Assembly (NCBI GenBank): GCA_965203465.1
Contig: CBDBCR010000001.1
Span: 448,001-512,000, forward strand
Length of the DNA: 64,000 nt
Reading direction: 5' to 3'
Source of the DNA: Nitrosopumilaceae archaeon
GTDB taxonomy: Archaea > Thermoproteota > Nitrososphaeria > Nitrososphaerales > Nitrosopumilaceae
The position numbers were made by a program, and so were the translations under genes. This document shows, piece after piece, positions 10,607 through 21,714 of this stretch (position 1 is its first letter; the number at the start of each line of letters is the position of its first letter). Below the pieces are notes generated by a model. That model did not search any database. It had not been told where the DNA came from and worked only from the letters and a program-made list of their open reading frames with translations.

Positions 10607-13600
10607 GTGGAAAAGGACTTCGACCCCAAGGCCATAGAGGCGGAAACGCGCGCTAGGCTGCCAGTCCAGGAGCAGAGGCGCCTGGTGGCCGCGTCCGAGC
10701 TCTCCGGGACGGTCGGCTTCGTCGAGGGGCCGCCCACCATGAACGGCACGCCGCACGCCGGCCACCTACGGGGCCGCATAATAAAGGACGTCTGGTACCG
10801 GCATTCGACGCTGTCCGGCAGGCGCGTGCGCTTCGAGGCCGGATGGGACGCGCAGGGGCTGCCCGTCGAGCTGCAGGCCCAAAAGGAGCTGGGCGTCTCG
10901 GGCTCAAAGTCGGAGCTGATGGCAAAAGTCGGCGCCGAGGGGCTGGCCGCAAAGTGCAAGGAGCTGGTACACCGGTACCAGAAAGAGTGGGCCGAGGCAG
11001 ACGAGCTGCTCGGCGTCTCGCTGGGCCAGGAGGGGGCGTACTGGACGTACCGCGACGAGTACATCGAAAAAGAGTGGCAGGTGCTCCGGCGCGGGCTGGA
11101 GCGGGGCATACTGGAGCAGGACTACACGGTGGTCGCCTACTGCCCCAGCTGCCAGACCTCGCTGAGCCACGCCGAGGTCAACCAGGGGTACGAGGAGGTC
11201 GAGGATCCGTCGATGTACTACAAGGTCCGGCTAGCCGGGCGCGACGAGTACCTCGTAGTGTGGACTACCATGCCGTTCACGCTGGTCACCGACGCCATGA
11301 TAGGGCTGGATCCGGACGAGACGTACTGCCGCGTGCGCGTCGGATCCGAAAAGTGGGTAGTGGGCGGCTCGCGCCTCGGGCCGCTCATGGAAGAGCTCGG
11401 CCTCGGGTACGAAGTCGAGTCGCGCGCGCCCGGCTCTTCGTTCGAGGGGCTAAAGTACGAGCACCCGCTGCTGGACGTACTGCCCAGGCTGGCCGAGCTC
11501 GCGCGCGGGCCAAAGTACCACGTGGCCGTGTGCGAAAAGTTCGTCGACGCGGGAGCGGGCAGCGGCCTGGTCCACCTCTCGCCCGCAAACGGCGAGGAGG
11601 ACATGGCGGCTGCCTCGAGGCGCGGCGTGGATGTGTTCTGCCCGATCGACGACGAGGTCCGCTTCACGGAAGACGCGGGCCCCTACGCGGGCCTGCAGGT
11701 GCGCGAAGCCGACGCGGCGGTCGCGCGCGATCTGGAGGCGCGCGGGGCGCTGGTGCGCCTCGGCAGGCTGCGCCACAAGTACCCGCTGTGCTGGAGGTCG
11801 CGCCACCCCGTCGTCTGGCTCGCCCGCCGGGGCTGGTTCTACAAGCTGGACCGGCTGGGCGACGCGGCCGTAAAGGCGGCCGAATCGGTGCAGTACTATT
11901 ACGAGCAGCCGCGCAACCGGTTTCTGTCCATCGTGCGCGAGCGCCACCCGTGGTGCGTATCGCGCGAGCGCGCCTGGGGGACGCCGCTGCCAGCCTGGAA
12001 GTGCTCCGGGTGCGGCAAGCACACGTGGATGTTCTCGCGCGAGCAGATAGTGCGGGCCGCCGAAGAGCTGCCCGACGGGCCCGGATTCGAGCTGCACGTG
12101 CCGTGGATAGACAGGGTGGCCGTGCGCTGCCCGTCGTGCGGCGGCCCGACGAAGCGGGAGGGGTACGTGCTGGACACGTGGCACAACAGCGGCGCCGCGC
12201 CGCTCGCCTCGCTGACCGACGCAGAGTACGGCTCGCAGATACCGGCGCCGTTCTTCACGGAGGGCATCGACCAGACGCGCGGGTGGGCCTACACGCTCTT
12301 GGTGGAGAGCGTCATATACAGGGGCGAGCCGGCCGCGCCGTACCGCTCGTTCTTGTTCCAGGGCCACGTGCTCGACGAGAACGGCAACAAGATGAGCAAG
12401 AGCCGCGGCAACGTGCTCGACGCGCGGCAGCTGCTCTCGGAGCACCCCGCCGACTTGGTGCGGTTCTACATGATGTGGAAGACCGGCCCGATAGAGCCTC
12501 TCAACTTCGACGCGCGCGAGATGTCCGCGCGCCCATACCAGGTGCTCGCCACGCTGTACCACATGCACCTGTACTACGTGCAGAACGGCTCGTACGACAA
12601 GTACGACGGCTCTGCGACCGTCGAGTGGGCCGAAAGCGAGGGGCTGCTAAAGGCGCCGGACCGCTGGCTCCTCTCGAGGCTCTCGGGGACGGTGCGCGAG
12701 TGCGGCGAGGCGGCGGCCGCGTGCCGCTTCCACGAGTGGGCGCGCTCGGTCGAGGATTTCGTCATAAACGCGCTCAGCCAGGGGTACGTGCCCATGACGC
12801 GCGCCGAGCTGTGGGACGACGGAAAGGAGGGGGCAGCGCGCAGGCGCGCCATATACGCGGTCCTGCAAAAGGCGCTGACAACTCTCGACGTGGTGCTGCA
12901 CCCGATATGCCCGCACACGACCGAACACCTGTACGCGGAGGCATCCGGCGAGCATCCGTCCGTGCTGCTCGAGCGGTGGCCCGAGCCGGGCGCGCGCGAC
13001 GAGCGCCTAGAGTCGGCCTTTGACCTTGCGCGCGAATGCGTCTCGGCCGCGTCTGCGGCGCGCATGAAGGCCGGCCTCAAGAGGCGCTGGCCCGTCGACT
13101 CGCTGGACTTGTGCGTGCCGCGCGACGGCGCGCGGCTGCTCGAGGGGCTCGAATCCATGATAGCGGAGCAGGCCAACGCGGACAGCTGCGCCATACACCC
13201 GCTCGGGTCGGACGGCGCGGCCGCGCGCGTATCCGAAATTTCGGATCTCGGGCTGGCAGAGCCGTCCGTATCGGTGGACCGCAAAAAACTGGGGCCGCGC
13301 GCGCGCCAAAACATGCAGGCGCTGATGAGCGAGCACGGGCGGACGGACCCGTCTGCGGTACTCAAAGACGTGCTCGAGTCGGGCTCGCACAGGTACGAGG
13401 CAGGCGGCCTGGAGCTCGGCGAGCAGGACTACGAGTTTTCGCTGGAGGCGCGGGAGGGGCGCGCGCTGGCAGAGCGCGGCGGAATAGCGGCCGTCGTGCC
13501 CCGTTCGCGCAGCCCCGAGGCGGCCGCGCGCGGGCTGGTGCGCGACGTGGCGCGCCGGATACAAGCGTTCAGGAAAGAGTGCGGGTACGACCCCGCCGAG

Positions 13601-13780
13601 GTGCTCTCGTCTGCCTGCGTGCTGGGCCTGGAGGGGGATTCTGCCGAGGCGGTGCGCTCGATGTCCGGCGAGCTTGCCTCGCTGGTGCGCGTGCGCTCCG
13701 TAAAGACGGACGGCGGGTGCGGCAGGTACAAGGACGAAAAGATAGACGGGGTACAGGTCCGGATAGGGCTGTCTAGGTGA
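10607..13780 (+). CDS. ileS: Isoleucyl-tRNA synthetase
   Basis: EGPP..NGTPHAGH, WTTMP, EGIDQTRGW, KMSKS. Confidence 0.97.
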   Translation: MEKDFDPKAIEAETRARLPVQEQRRLVAASELSGTVGFVEGPPTMNGTPHAGHLRGRIIKDVWYRHSTLSGRRVRFEAGWDAQGLPVELQAQKELGVSGSKSELMAKVGAEGLAAKCKELVHRYQKEWAEADELLGVSLGQEGAYWTYRDEYIEKEWQVLRRGLERGILEQDYTVVAYCPSCQTSLSHAEVNQGYEEVEDPSMYYKVRLAGRDEYLVVWTTMPFTLVTDAMIGLDPDETYCRVRVGSEKWVVGGSRLGPLMEELGLGYEVESRAPGSSFEGLKYEHPLLDVLPRLAELARGPKYHVAVCEKFVDAGAGSGLVHLSPANGEEDMAAASRRGVDVFCPIDDEVRFTEDAGPYAGLQVREADAAVARDLEARGALVRLGRLRHKYPLCWRSRHPVVWLARRGWFYKLDRLGDAAVKAAESVQYYYEQPRNRFLSIVRERHPWCVSRERAWGTPLPAWKCSGCGKHTWMFSREQIVRAAEELPDGPGFELHVPWIDRVAVRCPSCGGPTKREGYVLDTWHNSGAAPLASLTDAEYGSQIPAPFFTEGIDQTRGWAYTLLVESVIYRGEPAAPYRSFLFQGHVLDENGNKMSKSRGNVLDARQLLSEHPADLVRFYMMWKTGPIEPLNFDAREMSARPYQVLATLYHMHLYYVQNGSYDKYDGSATVEWAESEGLLKAPDRWLLSRLSGTVRECGEAAAACRFHEWARSVEDFVINALSQGYVPMTRAELWDDGKEGAARRRAIYAVLQKALTTLDVVLHPICPHTTEHLYAEASGEHPSVLLERWPEPGARDERLESAFDLARECVSAASAARMKAGLKRRWPVDSLDLCVPRDGARLLEGLESMIAEQANADSCAIHPLGSDGAAARVSEISDLGLAEPSVSVDRKKLGPRARQNMQALMSEHGRTDPSAVLKDVLESGSHRYEAGGLELGEQDYEFSLEAREGRALAERGGIAAVVPRSRSPEAAARGLVRDVARRIQAFRKECGYDPAEVLSSACVLGLEGDSAEAVRSMSGELASLVRVRSVKTDGGCGRYKDEKIDGVQVRIGLSR

Positions 13781-13843
13781 ATAGGGGAGCATCGTGGCCA
13801 TGCGCATGCAGACTTCATAAAACACCCAACGCGCCGGCTGGGC

Positions 13844-14360
13844 ATGTCGGTCGAACAAACCCTCTTCCCCGCCGTCGAGAAGGCGGTCAAAAAAATCGTA
13901 CAAGAAACAATGGCCGCATACGGCCCCGAGTCGGGCAGGAAGATCGATCCGGCCGCCGAAAAGCGCATTACTGCGGGCGGCGCCGAACGCGAAGCGCGAC
14001 GGCGATTTTCGCGAAAAGGTGACGCCCGATGACATCCTACAGCGCGCAAAGCGCGCGCAACAAAAACGCGCACGACTTTCTAGGCGCCAGATCGCCATAC
14101 CTGCACCGGCAAATCGCCGCCCTTTTCTCCTCGGCGCCGCACCTGTCCAACATTGAGCTGCGGGGGATCGAAAAGCCGGACAGCCACCGTGCGAGATCCA
14201 AACCGGAGTGCGGACTGCCGTCCATGGCCAAAGACTGTCTGAAGCTGAAATCACCGAGCGAGCAGTCGGTACGGCGGAAGGGCCGAAATAGGCGGCAGTT
14301 CGACAAAGACCGCCGTCAAACCGTACCCAAAGATCGTAAAATATCCTGCATGATCTTGTC
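13844..14360 (+). pseudogene. Possible decayed RelBE-like toxin-antitoxin pair
   Basis: 62-aa ORF coupled by ATGA overlap to an ORF starting NAHDFLGARSPYLHRQIAAL; loses coherence downstream. Confidence 0.3.
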
Positions 14361-14694
14361 CGGCAGGCAAGACGCGCCCCGCACGCGGAGGCCGGCTGTG
14401 GACTCGGCCGCCGCAAGCGCCCGCCGGATCCGCGGCGCCGGACAGCGCGCGCGGCCGTCCGGGGGCAGGTTCCGGGCCGCGGCTCCGGCCGCAGTCGGAC
14501 GCGCCGCCTTCGGGCGTCGGCGCGACTGCAAAGACCTTTCCGTGCCTTGGCCCCGCGGCGGCTTGGGTCCGGGCAGAGCGCGCCCGCCCCGCGCGCCGCC
14601 CGCGGCCACGCCTGCCGCAAGACGCCCGCCGCCGTGCCGTCACCTGCCGCGCCGCCTGCCCAACAGTTAAAGGTGAACCGCCGGGCCCGACTGC

Positions 14695-15123
14695 GTGGCG
14701 TACTGGCTCGCAAAGCAGGAGCCGTCGGGGCCCCGCGGCTACCCGATAGACCAGCTCAAGCGCGACGGCAGGACCGTCTGGGACGGGGTGGGCAACAACC
14801 TGGCGCTGAAGCACATGCGCTCCATGAAAAAGGGCGACAAGATACTGTACTACCACACGGGGACGGAGCGGCGCGCGGTCGGCGTCATGGAAGTAGTGCG
14901 GGGCCCGTACCCCGATCCGCAGAGGGACGGCGAGCGCTGGACGGTCGTGGACGTAAAGTACGTAAAGCACCTGAAAAACCCCGTCACGCTCGAGGCGATA
15001 AAGGCCGAGCCGGAGTTCGCCGGATGGGACCTGCTCAGGATATCGAGGCTCTCGATAGTTCCCGTCCCCCCCAAGATATGGCGCGCCCTGATCGCGATGT
15101 CCGGCAAGGCCGCGGCGCGTTGA
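14695..15123 (+). CDS. EVE domain protein
   Basis: YWLAKQEP...WDGVGNNLA...MKKGD.ILYYHT...RLSIVPV. Confidence 0.93.
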   Translation: MAYWLAKQEPSGPRGYPIDQLKRDGRTVWDGVGNNLALKHMRSMKKGDKILYYHTGTERRAVGVMEVVRGPYPDPQRDGERWTVVDVKYVKHLKNPVTLEAIKAEPEFAGWDLLRISRLSIVPVPPKIWRALIAMSGKAAAR

Positions 15124-15776
15124 ACGAGCCCGAGCACGTATGGAGCGGGGGCGCCCGCATGTACCGCACGCCGGACGGCAGGGTGTACCCGTCGGTCACG
15201 TCGATCCTTGCGGCCACCCGGCCCGAGGCCGAGCGCGCGCGCCTCGAAAGGTGGAAGGCCATGGAGCCCGCGTCCGAGTACATCTCGTCGGAGGCCGCGC
15301 TCACGGGCACCGCCGCGCACCGCATGATAGAGCAGCACCTGCGCGGGCAGGCGCCGGATTCGGACGGCAGGCTGCTCTCCAGGGCGCACTTTGAGAACCT
15401 GATGCCGTTCGTATCCAAGATCTCGGATCCGCTCGGCGTGGAGCTGCGCCTGTACAGCGACCGGATGAGGCTTGCCGGCACCTCGGACTGCATAGGGACC
15501 TACGACGGCGCGGTCTCGGCGATAGACTACAAGACAAAGCGCTCCGAGCAGAAGGACGGGTGGCTCCGCGACTATTTCGTCCAGGGGACGGCGTACGCGC
15601 GCATGTTCGAGGAGCGCACCGGCGTGCCCGTGCCCCGCGTGGTCGTGCTCGTATCGACCGAGCGCGACACGCGCACAGAGCACGTGCGCGAGGCGGCCGA
15701 CTTTTACGGAGAGCTGGACGCGCGCCTCTGCCAGTACTACGCGCAAGGCGCGCCCCACTGCGCCAGAATCAGATAA
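15120..15776 (+). CDS. PD-(D/E)XK exonuclease (MGME1/phage-exonuclease-like)
   Basis: YPSVTSIL, GTAAH, E.RLYS...AGTSDC...IDYKT, YFVQ..AY; TTG start overlaps EVE stop. Confidence 0.88.
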   Translation: MNEPEHVWSGGARMYRTPDGRVYPSVTSILAATRPEAERARLERWKAMEPASEYISSEAALTGTAAHRMIEQHLRGQAPDSDGRLLSRAHFENLMPFVSKISDPLGVELRLYSDRMRLAGTSDCIGTYDGAVSAIDYKTKRSEQKDGWLRDYFVQGTAYARMFEERTGVPVPRVVVLVSTERDTRTEHVREAADFYGELDARLCQYYAQGAPHCARIR

Positions 15777-15883
15777 AGCTGGGAGGGGAGGTAGCCTAAA
15801 CCGCTAGCGCCGCGGCCCCGATCCGGGCAATTTTGCCGAGCGGCCATATGCTTTAAATTGCAGCATATTGCGTCTCGGATTGC

Positions 15884-16414
15884 ATGGATTGTCACGACGC
15901 GTTGCTCATGACTGTGAGAAAGAACGGCGGCTCGCTACACAGCCGAACCACGATCCAGAAATTGGGCTACTTTTACACACAGAGGATAGACGGCTTTGCC
16001 CCGAAGTACGTGCCGTACTTTTACGGCCCGTTCAGCAACGAGATCGCCTCGGCACTGATAGACCTGTCCGCATTCTCGTTTGTTAACGAGATCGCATATT
16101 CGGGATTTTATGGCGGATACACGTATGAGCTCACCGAGTCCGGCAAAAACTTTGCCAAGAAAGTGTCCAAAAAGAACAAGGACGAGTACAAGAAAATCGG
16201 GGACATCTTGTCTGTCTGCAAGGAACGTTGCGACCTAAAGCCTGCGCCGCTCTCTTACGCCGCAAAATGTCACTACATATTGAGCCGTGACGGCAAAACC
16301 GAACACACCAGGGCCGACATACAGCGGGCAGGTAAAGACCTGCGCTGGGACATATCAAACAAAGACATTGATGAGGGAATAAACCTGTTGCAAGGACTGA
16401 GCCTTGTCAACTAA
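15884..16414 (+). CDS. YwgA/Panacea(SocA)-like winged-helix protein
   Basis: SRTTIQKLGYF...YFYGPFS...YTYELTESG. Confidence 0.8.
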   Translation: MDCHDALLMTVRKNGGSLHSRTTIQKLGYFYTQRIDGFAPKYVPYFYGPFSNEIASALIDLSAFSFVNEIAYSGFYGGYTYELTESGKNFAKKVSKKNKDEYKKIGDILSVCKERCDLKPAPLSYAAKCHYILSRDGKTEHTRADIQRAGKDLRWDISNKDIDEGINLLQGLSLVN

Positions 16415-17697
16415 AACCACACCGAATTTTAGGCACAAGTCTATACGCGATCCATTGTACGGGTTCATAGGGCTATCTGAAAAAGAAGTCAAACTCATCG
16501 ACACGCCGTTATTTCGTAGGCTGCATTTCATCAAGCAACTCTCACGCATTTGTGGCCTATCCGAGCGCCATCCATACGCGTTTTGAGCATTCGCTCGGTT
16601 GCATGCACCTAGCTGGGAAAATCTGTGACGAGTTGGACATCGTGCAAGACAAGGAAGACGTGAGACTAGCGGCTCTGTTGCACGACATTGGGCACGGACC
16701 TTTTTCACACCTCTTCGAATCTGTGATAAGGAAGTGCAATCCAAGCATAGACGACCCGCACGAACTCATATCCAAGATCATGATAAACGAGAGTCAAGAT
16801 CTGGGACACATTCTTGGAAACAAGAAACAAAAAATCGTGGATCTTTTGGAGGGAAGACCGCGGACGCCAGCCTCGGACATAGTTTCCGGCAGTCTTGACG
16901 CTGACAAGTTGGACTACCTGTTGCGTGACTCTTACCATATCGGCGTGTACTATGGCCGGTTTGATTTAGACAGAGTGCTTCACACACTACGCAAACGCGC
17001 AAACACTTCTCTATGCATCGATGTCAGAGGCAAGGACGCTGTGGAAAACTACCGACTTGGACGACATTTGCTACACACGCAGGTATACCACCACCACGCT
17101 CGGCTGATCGCAGATCGCATGTTCCTAAAAGCACTCGACATAGCTCTAGACAACGGAGTAATCGAAAAGACCCACATGCAAATCCGCCTTGACGGCGACA
17201 ATTCGCATTTTCTAGGCTTTTACGGCAAGCTAGACGACAACTCTGTCTACGATCTCATAATCAGACACAAGAACGCCGGAGTCGCCAAAGAAATACTCCA
17301 GAACATAAGGCATCGGCGCTTACTCAAACGCGCCTGTGATTTTACCGCCAAGGATCTTGCACAAAACGCAGACGTTGGGGAGAGGCTCGTAAAACTAAAA
17401 CAAGCAGAACTCGACGAGATGTCCGCGCGGATAGCAGCGGACATGGGACTGCGGTCCCACGAAGTGATATTCCACAAATCTGAGATACAAATCAAACTAT
17501 ACAACAAGAACCCCATCATGATTTTGAAGGACGATCAGGTGATTAACCTGTCTGACTATTCTCCGTTTGCTTCGGCAGATTCGGTGATCAGATACATCGT
17601 GTACGGACCTGCAGACGCCGATGTTCGAAAGACAATCGCGGCCAGAGTAGCCGACGAATTGGGAGTGGACAAAAAGATCATATCCTATCTGAAATAA
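16404..17697 (+). pseudogene. HD-domain phosphohydrolase (SAMHD1/YwfO-like dNTPase), frameshifted at about 16545
   Basis: IRDPLYGFI..FRRLHFIKQL | AYPSAIHTRFEHSLG, LLHDIGHGPFSH, LDADKLDYLLRDS split across two frames. Confidence 0.9.
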
Positions 17698-17968
17698 CCG
17701 CCGTGTTCGTGCCGGCCCGATGCCCGGCGTTTTTTCTGCGCCACGACAGCGCAGGGGGATCGGGGCATTCGGGCGTGAACGCAACATGCTTGGAGACCAT
17801 GGGCCAGCTTGTGGATGCCGGCAGACATGGCGCGCAAGGCGCGCCCCACTGCGCCAGGGCGCCCTGAGGGCCCCCGTCCGGTACGCGCGGCCGGGGGCGA
17901 GCGGCGCGCCGGGGCAAAGCCGCTAGGGCGCCGCACTGTTGATATACGGCCGCCCGGGGGGCGGCACC

Positions 17969-18208
17969 ATGGCTACTGCATACGTGCTCATCAACTGCGA
18001 GCTCGGCTCCGAGGAGGCCATCATAGGCCAGCTCAAGGGGCTCGAGGGCATCCGCGAGGTGCACGGCACCTTCGGCGCCTACGACATACTCGCCAAGATA
18101 GAGTCCGACACGGTCGAAAAACTGCGCGAGACCATAACGTGGAAGATACGCAAGATAGAAAAGATACGCTCCACTCTCACCCTGATGGGAATAGAGGGCC
18201 AGACCTAG
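17969..18208 (+). CDS. Lrp/AsnC ligand-binding-domain-only protein
   Basis: ATAYVLINCELG...FGAYDILAK...IRSTLTL. Confidence 0.9.
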   Translation: MATAYVLINCELGSEEAIIGQLKGLEGIREVHGTFGAYDILAKIESDTVEKLRETITWKIRKIEKIRSTLTLMGIEGQT

Positions 18209-18225
18209 GCCCTCTACCTTTTTCC

Positions 18226-18783
18226 ATGGACCTGCACTTTATCCTGCTCGTCGAGCAGGGCGCCGAGGCCGCGCGCGCGGCCGAGTTCGCGTACGTGCAG
18301 GACATGGCGCGCTTTTTCGCCCACTGGGCGAGATCGGAGTTCTCGCAGGACCTGGATCCAAAGTCGGACATGATGGCCGTGCCGCCGCGCGGGCCGCTGC
18401 GCAGGCTCGACACGCACGAGCTGCTCGACGACCACCGCGCGCGCGGGGAGGGCACGTACCACTTTTACCTGGCAAACTTCAGGCCGTTCTGGACCGACTG
18501 CACGTGCGAGGGCTACCACGCCGAGAACTTCGGCATGGTGTGGTGGCGCCGCTCGGACGACGAGCGCGTGCTGGCAGAAAAGAACTGCACTGCCGTCTCG
18601 CACGAGATGGCCCACGAGCTGCTGCGCAGGCGCGGCGCCAAGGCGCGCGATCCCGTCCACGACGTCTGGACGCGCCACTTTTACGACGGCCTGCCGTTCT
18701 GCGGGTACGATTCGGCGCACGCGCGCTCGAAAGAGCCTAGGTTCCTGACTCTGGACGCGGGGGAGCTCTTGCGTTCTTTATAG
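18226..18783 (+). CDS. Conserved hypothetical protein with HExxH zincin-like motif
   Basis: WTDCTCEGY...VSHEMAHELLR. Confidence 0.75.
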   Translation: MDLHFILLVEQGAEAARAAEFAYVQDMARFFAHWARSEFSQDLDPKSDMMAVPPRGPLRRLDTHELLDDHRARGEGTYHFYLANFRPFWTDCTCEGYHAENFGMVWWRRSDDERVLAEKNCTAVSHEMAHELLRRRGAKARDPVHDVWTRHFYDGLPFCGYDSAHARSKEPRFLTLDAGELLRSL

Positions 18784-19399
18784 AGTAGATGTTGTTCTCA
18801 AAGCTGGCGGCCTTCAAGTCCAGCGCGTTCTCCGAGTTTGAGGCGCGCTCGTCTATGAGCCGCTCCATCTCGGATATGGCCTCGCCACGGAACCCCACCG
18901 ACGAGCCGTAGACCGCGTCGGTCAGCATGGTCCCGTGGTCGCCCTTTTTTATGTCGTCCACCACGGCGCAGAACCTGCGCACGTCGGCGCCGTTGACCGG
19001 CCTGCCAGTGGCCTTGTTGGTGGCCACGGCCACGTACATGCCGTTGCTCTTTACGGCCACCATGAGCCTGTGGTTCTTGCCCGAGCCGCCCGGTATGTGC
19101 TCGTTTATGGAGACCTGGGACTTGTGGTACATGCTGGAGACGTACGCGTAGAACCGGTACTGGGCGAAGCGGCCGGCCTCGTCGTGCTCGCACTCTACGA
19201 AGACGCGGTGGAGAAGCGCCAGGGCCCCGTCGTTCATGCTCTGCAGGCGGTCGTCTATGCGGCCCCTGTCCAGGAGGTCGGACTTGCACTCTTTTGCCAC
19301 CATGGCCAGTATGAACTCGGGCAGGTTGTAGTTTTTGAGGGCAGAGACCAGCGCGCCGGCCTGCGAGGTGCCAAAGCTGGGGAAGCCCTTGTTGACCAC
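18737..19399 (-). CDS. Hypothetical protein
   Basis: 220-aa ORF with host codon usage. Confidence 0.7.
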   Translation of the reverse strand: MVNKGFPSFGTSQAGALVSALKNYNLPEFILAMVAKECKSDLLDRGRIDDRLQSMNDGALALLHRVFVECEHDEAGRFAQYRFYAYVSSMYHKSQVSINEHIPGGSGKNHRLMVAVKSNGMYVAVATNKATGRPVNGADVRRFCAVVDDIKKGDHGTMLTDAVYGSSVGFRGEAISEMERLIDERASNSENALDLKAASFENNIYSIKNARAPPRPESGT

Positions 19400-19465
19400 G
19401 GGACAGGGGGGGACGTTTGCTTAATAATTGTTAAGAATTAAATTCGCCGGGGGGCCCGGCGGCGC

Positions 19466-21712
19466 GTGGCGACGGATCTGGGCCCGCCGGAGGTCTCTGA
19501 AATATACGGCCGGCTGGAGGAGGGCTCGTCGGAGTACCGGCGGGCCGTGGGCAGGCCGCTTTCTCTGTGCGAAAAGATACTCTCGGGGCACCTCGCCTCG
19601 CCCGGCGGCCCCCTCGAGGGGTACGTGCGGCTGAGGCCGGACCGCGTCGCGCTGCAGGACGTGACCGGCCAGATGGTGATGCTCCAGTTCATGCAGGCGG
19701 GCCTCGAGCAGGCGGCCCTGCCGACCACGGTTCACTGCGACCACCTGATACGCGCCCGGATCAGCGGGGACCAGGACATGAAGACGTCGCTCGACGAGAA
19801 CAGCGAGGTGTTCAGGTTCCTCAGCTCGGCTGCCAGCAGGTACGGCGTGGGGTTCTGGAAGCCGGGCGCCGGCATCATACACCAGGTGGTGCTGGAAAAC
19901 TACGCGTTTCCCGGCGGACTGATGATCGGAACCGACTCCCACACGCCCAACGCCGGCGGCCTAGGCATGATGGCGGTCGGCGTGGGCGGCCTCGACGCCG
20001 CCGAGGCCATGGCGGGCATGCCTTGGGAGGTGCTGTACCCGCGGCGCATAGGGGTGCGCCTGACCGGCAGCCTGGGGGGGTGGTCGTCCCCAAAGGACGT
20101 CATACTGCGCGTGGCGCAGCTGCTCACCGTCTCGGGGGGGACCAACTCCGTCATAGAGTACTTTGGGCCCGGCGCCGAATCGATCAGCTGCACGGGCAAG
20201 GCCACCATAGCCAACATGGGCGCCGAGGTGGGCGCCACCTGCTCCGTATTCCCGTACGACCGGCGCATGTCCGGGTACCTGCGCGCGACCGGCAGGGCGG
20301 ACTTGGCCGATCTTGCCGACGCGCGCGCGGCCCTGCTGCGCGCCGACGAGGGGGCCGAGCGCGAGCCGGAGCGCTGCTACGACCGGGTGATAGAGATAGA
20401 CCTGTCGGAGCTGGAGCCGCACGTCTCGGGCCCGCACACGCCGGACCTCGCGCGCCCCGTCTCGGAGCTTGCCGGCGACGCGGAATCTCAGGGGTACGTA
20501 AAGGCCATATCGGCCGCGCTGATAGGCAGCTGCACCAACTCCTCGTACGAGGACATGTCGCGCGCGGCGGCCGTCGCCGAGCAGGCGCGCAGGCGCGGGA
20601 TGAAGGCGGCCTCGCCGCTTCTGGTCACGCCCGGCTCGGAGCAGATAAGGGCCACCATAGAGCGCGACGGGCAGATGGGCTCCCTAGAGGCCATCGGGGC
20701 CACGGTGCTGGCCAACGCCTGCGGGCCCTGCATAGGGCAGTGGTCGAGGCCAGAGCTCGAGGAGGGCAAGGCCAACACCATCGTGACCTCGTTCAACCGC
20801 AACTTTCCCGGCCGCAACGACGGGAGGCGGCAGACGCTCAACTTCATAGGCAGCCCCGAGCTGGTCACGGCGCTGGCCCTGGGGGGGAGCATATCGTTCA
20901 ACCCGCTCACCGACGAGCTGGTCTCGCCGGACGGCGACAGGTTCGTCCTGGAGCCGCCGCCGCCGGCGCCGGACGTGCCGCCCGGCGGGTTTTCCGTCCC
21001 CGAGGGGATCTACGTGCCGCCCTCGGGGGATCCCGGCTCCGTAAGGGTGGAGCTGGACCCGTCGAGCTCGCGGCTGCAGAGGCTCGAGCCGTTCGGGCCG
21101 TGGGACGGGCGCGACATGGAAAAGATGCCGGTCCTTGCAAAGGCGCGCGGCAAGTGCACCACCGACCACATATCGCCCGCCGGCGCGTGGCTGTCGTTCC
21201 GCGGGCACCTGGACAACCTGAGCGACAACATGCTGCTGGGCGCGGTCAACGCGTTCACCGGCGAGGTCGGCCAAGGGAGGCACTCTTCGGGGGAAAAGAT
21301 GCCGTTTCCCAAGCTCGCGCGCAGGTACAAGGCCGAGGGCGCCCGGTGGGTCATAATAGGGGACGAAAACTACGGCGAGGGCAGCAGCCGCGAGCACGCG
21401 GCCATGACGCCCCGGTACCTAAACTGCGCGGCCGTCATCGCGCGCAGCTTTGCGCGCATACACGAGACCAACCTCAAAAAGCAGGGTGTCCTGGCGCTCA
21501 CGTTCGCCGATCCGGCCGGATACGATCTTGTGCTAGAGGGCGATTCTGTCTCGCTCTTGGACCTGGCCTCGCTGTCGCCGGGCGCGCCGGTGCGGTGCGC
21601 GCTGGACCATCCGGACGGCTCGTCCGAAGAGCTGGAGCTGCGCCACTCTTACGGAAAGGATCAGATAGAATGGTTCCGGCGCGGCTCGGCCCTCAACGTG
21701 CTGAAAGGGTGA
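19466..21712 (+). CDS. acnA: Aconitate hydratase (mitochondrial type)
   Basis: DRVALQD, HCDH, GTDSHT, IGSCTNSS, ACGPCIGQW, TTDHISPAG, GEGSSREHAA. Confidence 0.96.
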   Translation: MATDLGPPEVSEIYGRLEEGSSEYRRAVGRPLSLCEKILSGHLASPGGPLEGYVRLRPDRVALQDVTGQMVMLQFMQAGLEQAALPTTVHCDHLIRARISGDQDMKTSLDENSEVFRFLSSAASRYGVGFWKPGAGIIHQVVLENYAFPGGLMIGTDSHTPNAGGLGMMAVGVGGLDAAEAMAGMPWEVLYPRRIGVRLTGSLGGWSSPKDVILRVAQLLTVSGGTNSVIEYFGPGAESISCTGKATIANMGAEVGATCSVFPYDRRMSGYLRATGRADLADLADARAALLRADEGAEREPERCYDRVIEIDLSELEPHVSGPHTPDLARPVSELAGDAESQGYVKAISAALIGSCTNSSYEDMSRAAAVAEQARRRGMKAASPLLVTPGSEQIRATIERDGQMGSLEAIGATVLANACGPCIGQWSRPELEEGKANTIVTSFNRNFPGRNDGRRQTLNFIGSPELVTALALGGSISFNPLTDELVSPDGDRFVLEPPPPAPDVPPGGFSVPEGIYVPPSGDPGSVRVELDPSSSRLQRLEPFGPWDGRDMEKMPVLAKARGKCTTDHISPAGAWLSFRGHLDNLSDNMLLGAVNAFTGEVGQGRHSSGEKMPFPKLARRYKAEGARWVIIGDENYGEGSSREHAAMTPRYLNCAAVIARSFARIHETNLKKQGVLALTFADPAGYDLVLEGDSVSLLDLASLSPGAPVRCALDHPDGSSEELELRHSYGKDQIEWFRRGSALNVLKG

Positions 21713-21714
21713 CG

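Noticed and set aside
15120-15776. Cas4 / CRISPR adaptation gene
   Set aside because: Lacks the Fe-S cysteine cluster pattern; no cas genes or array in the window
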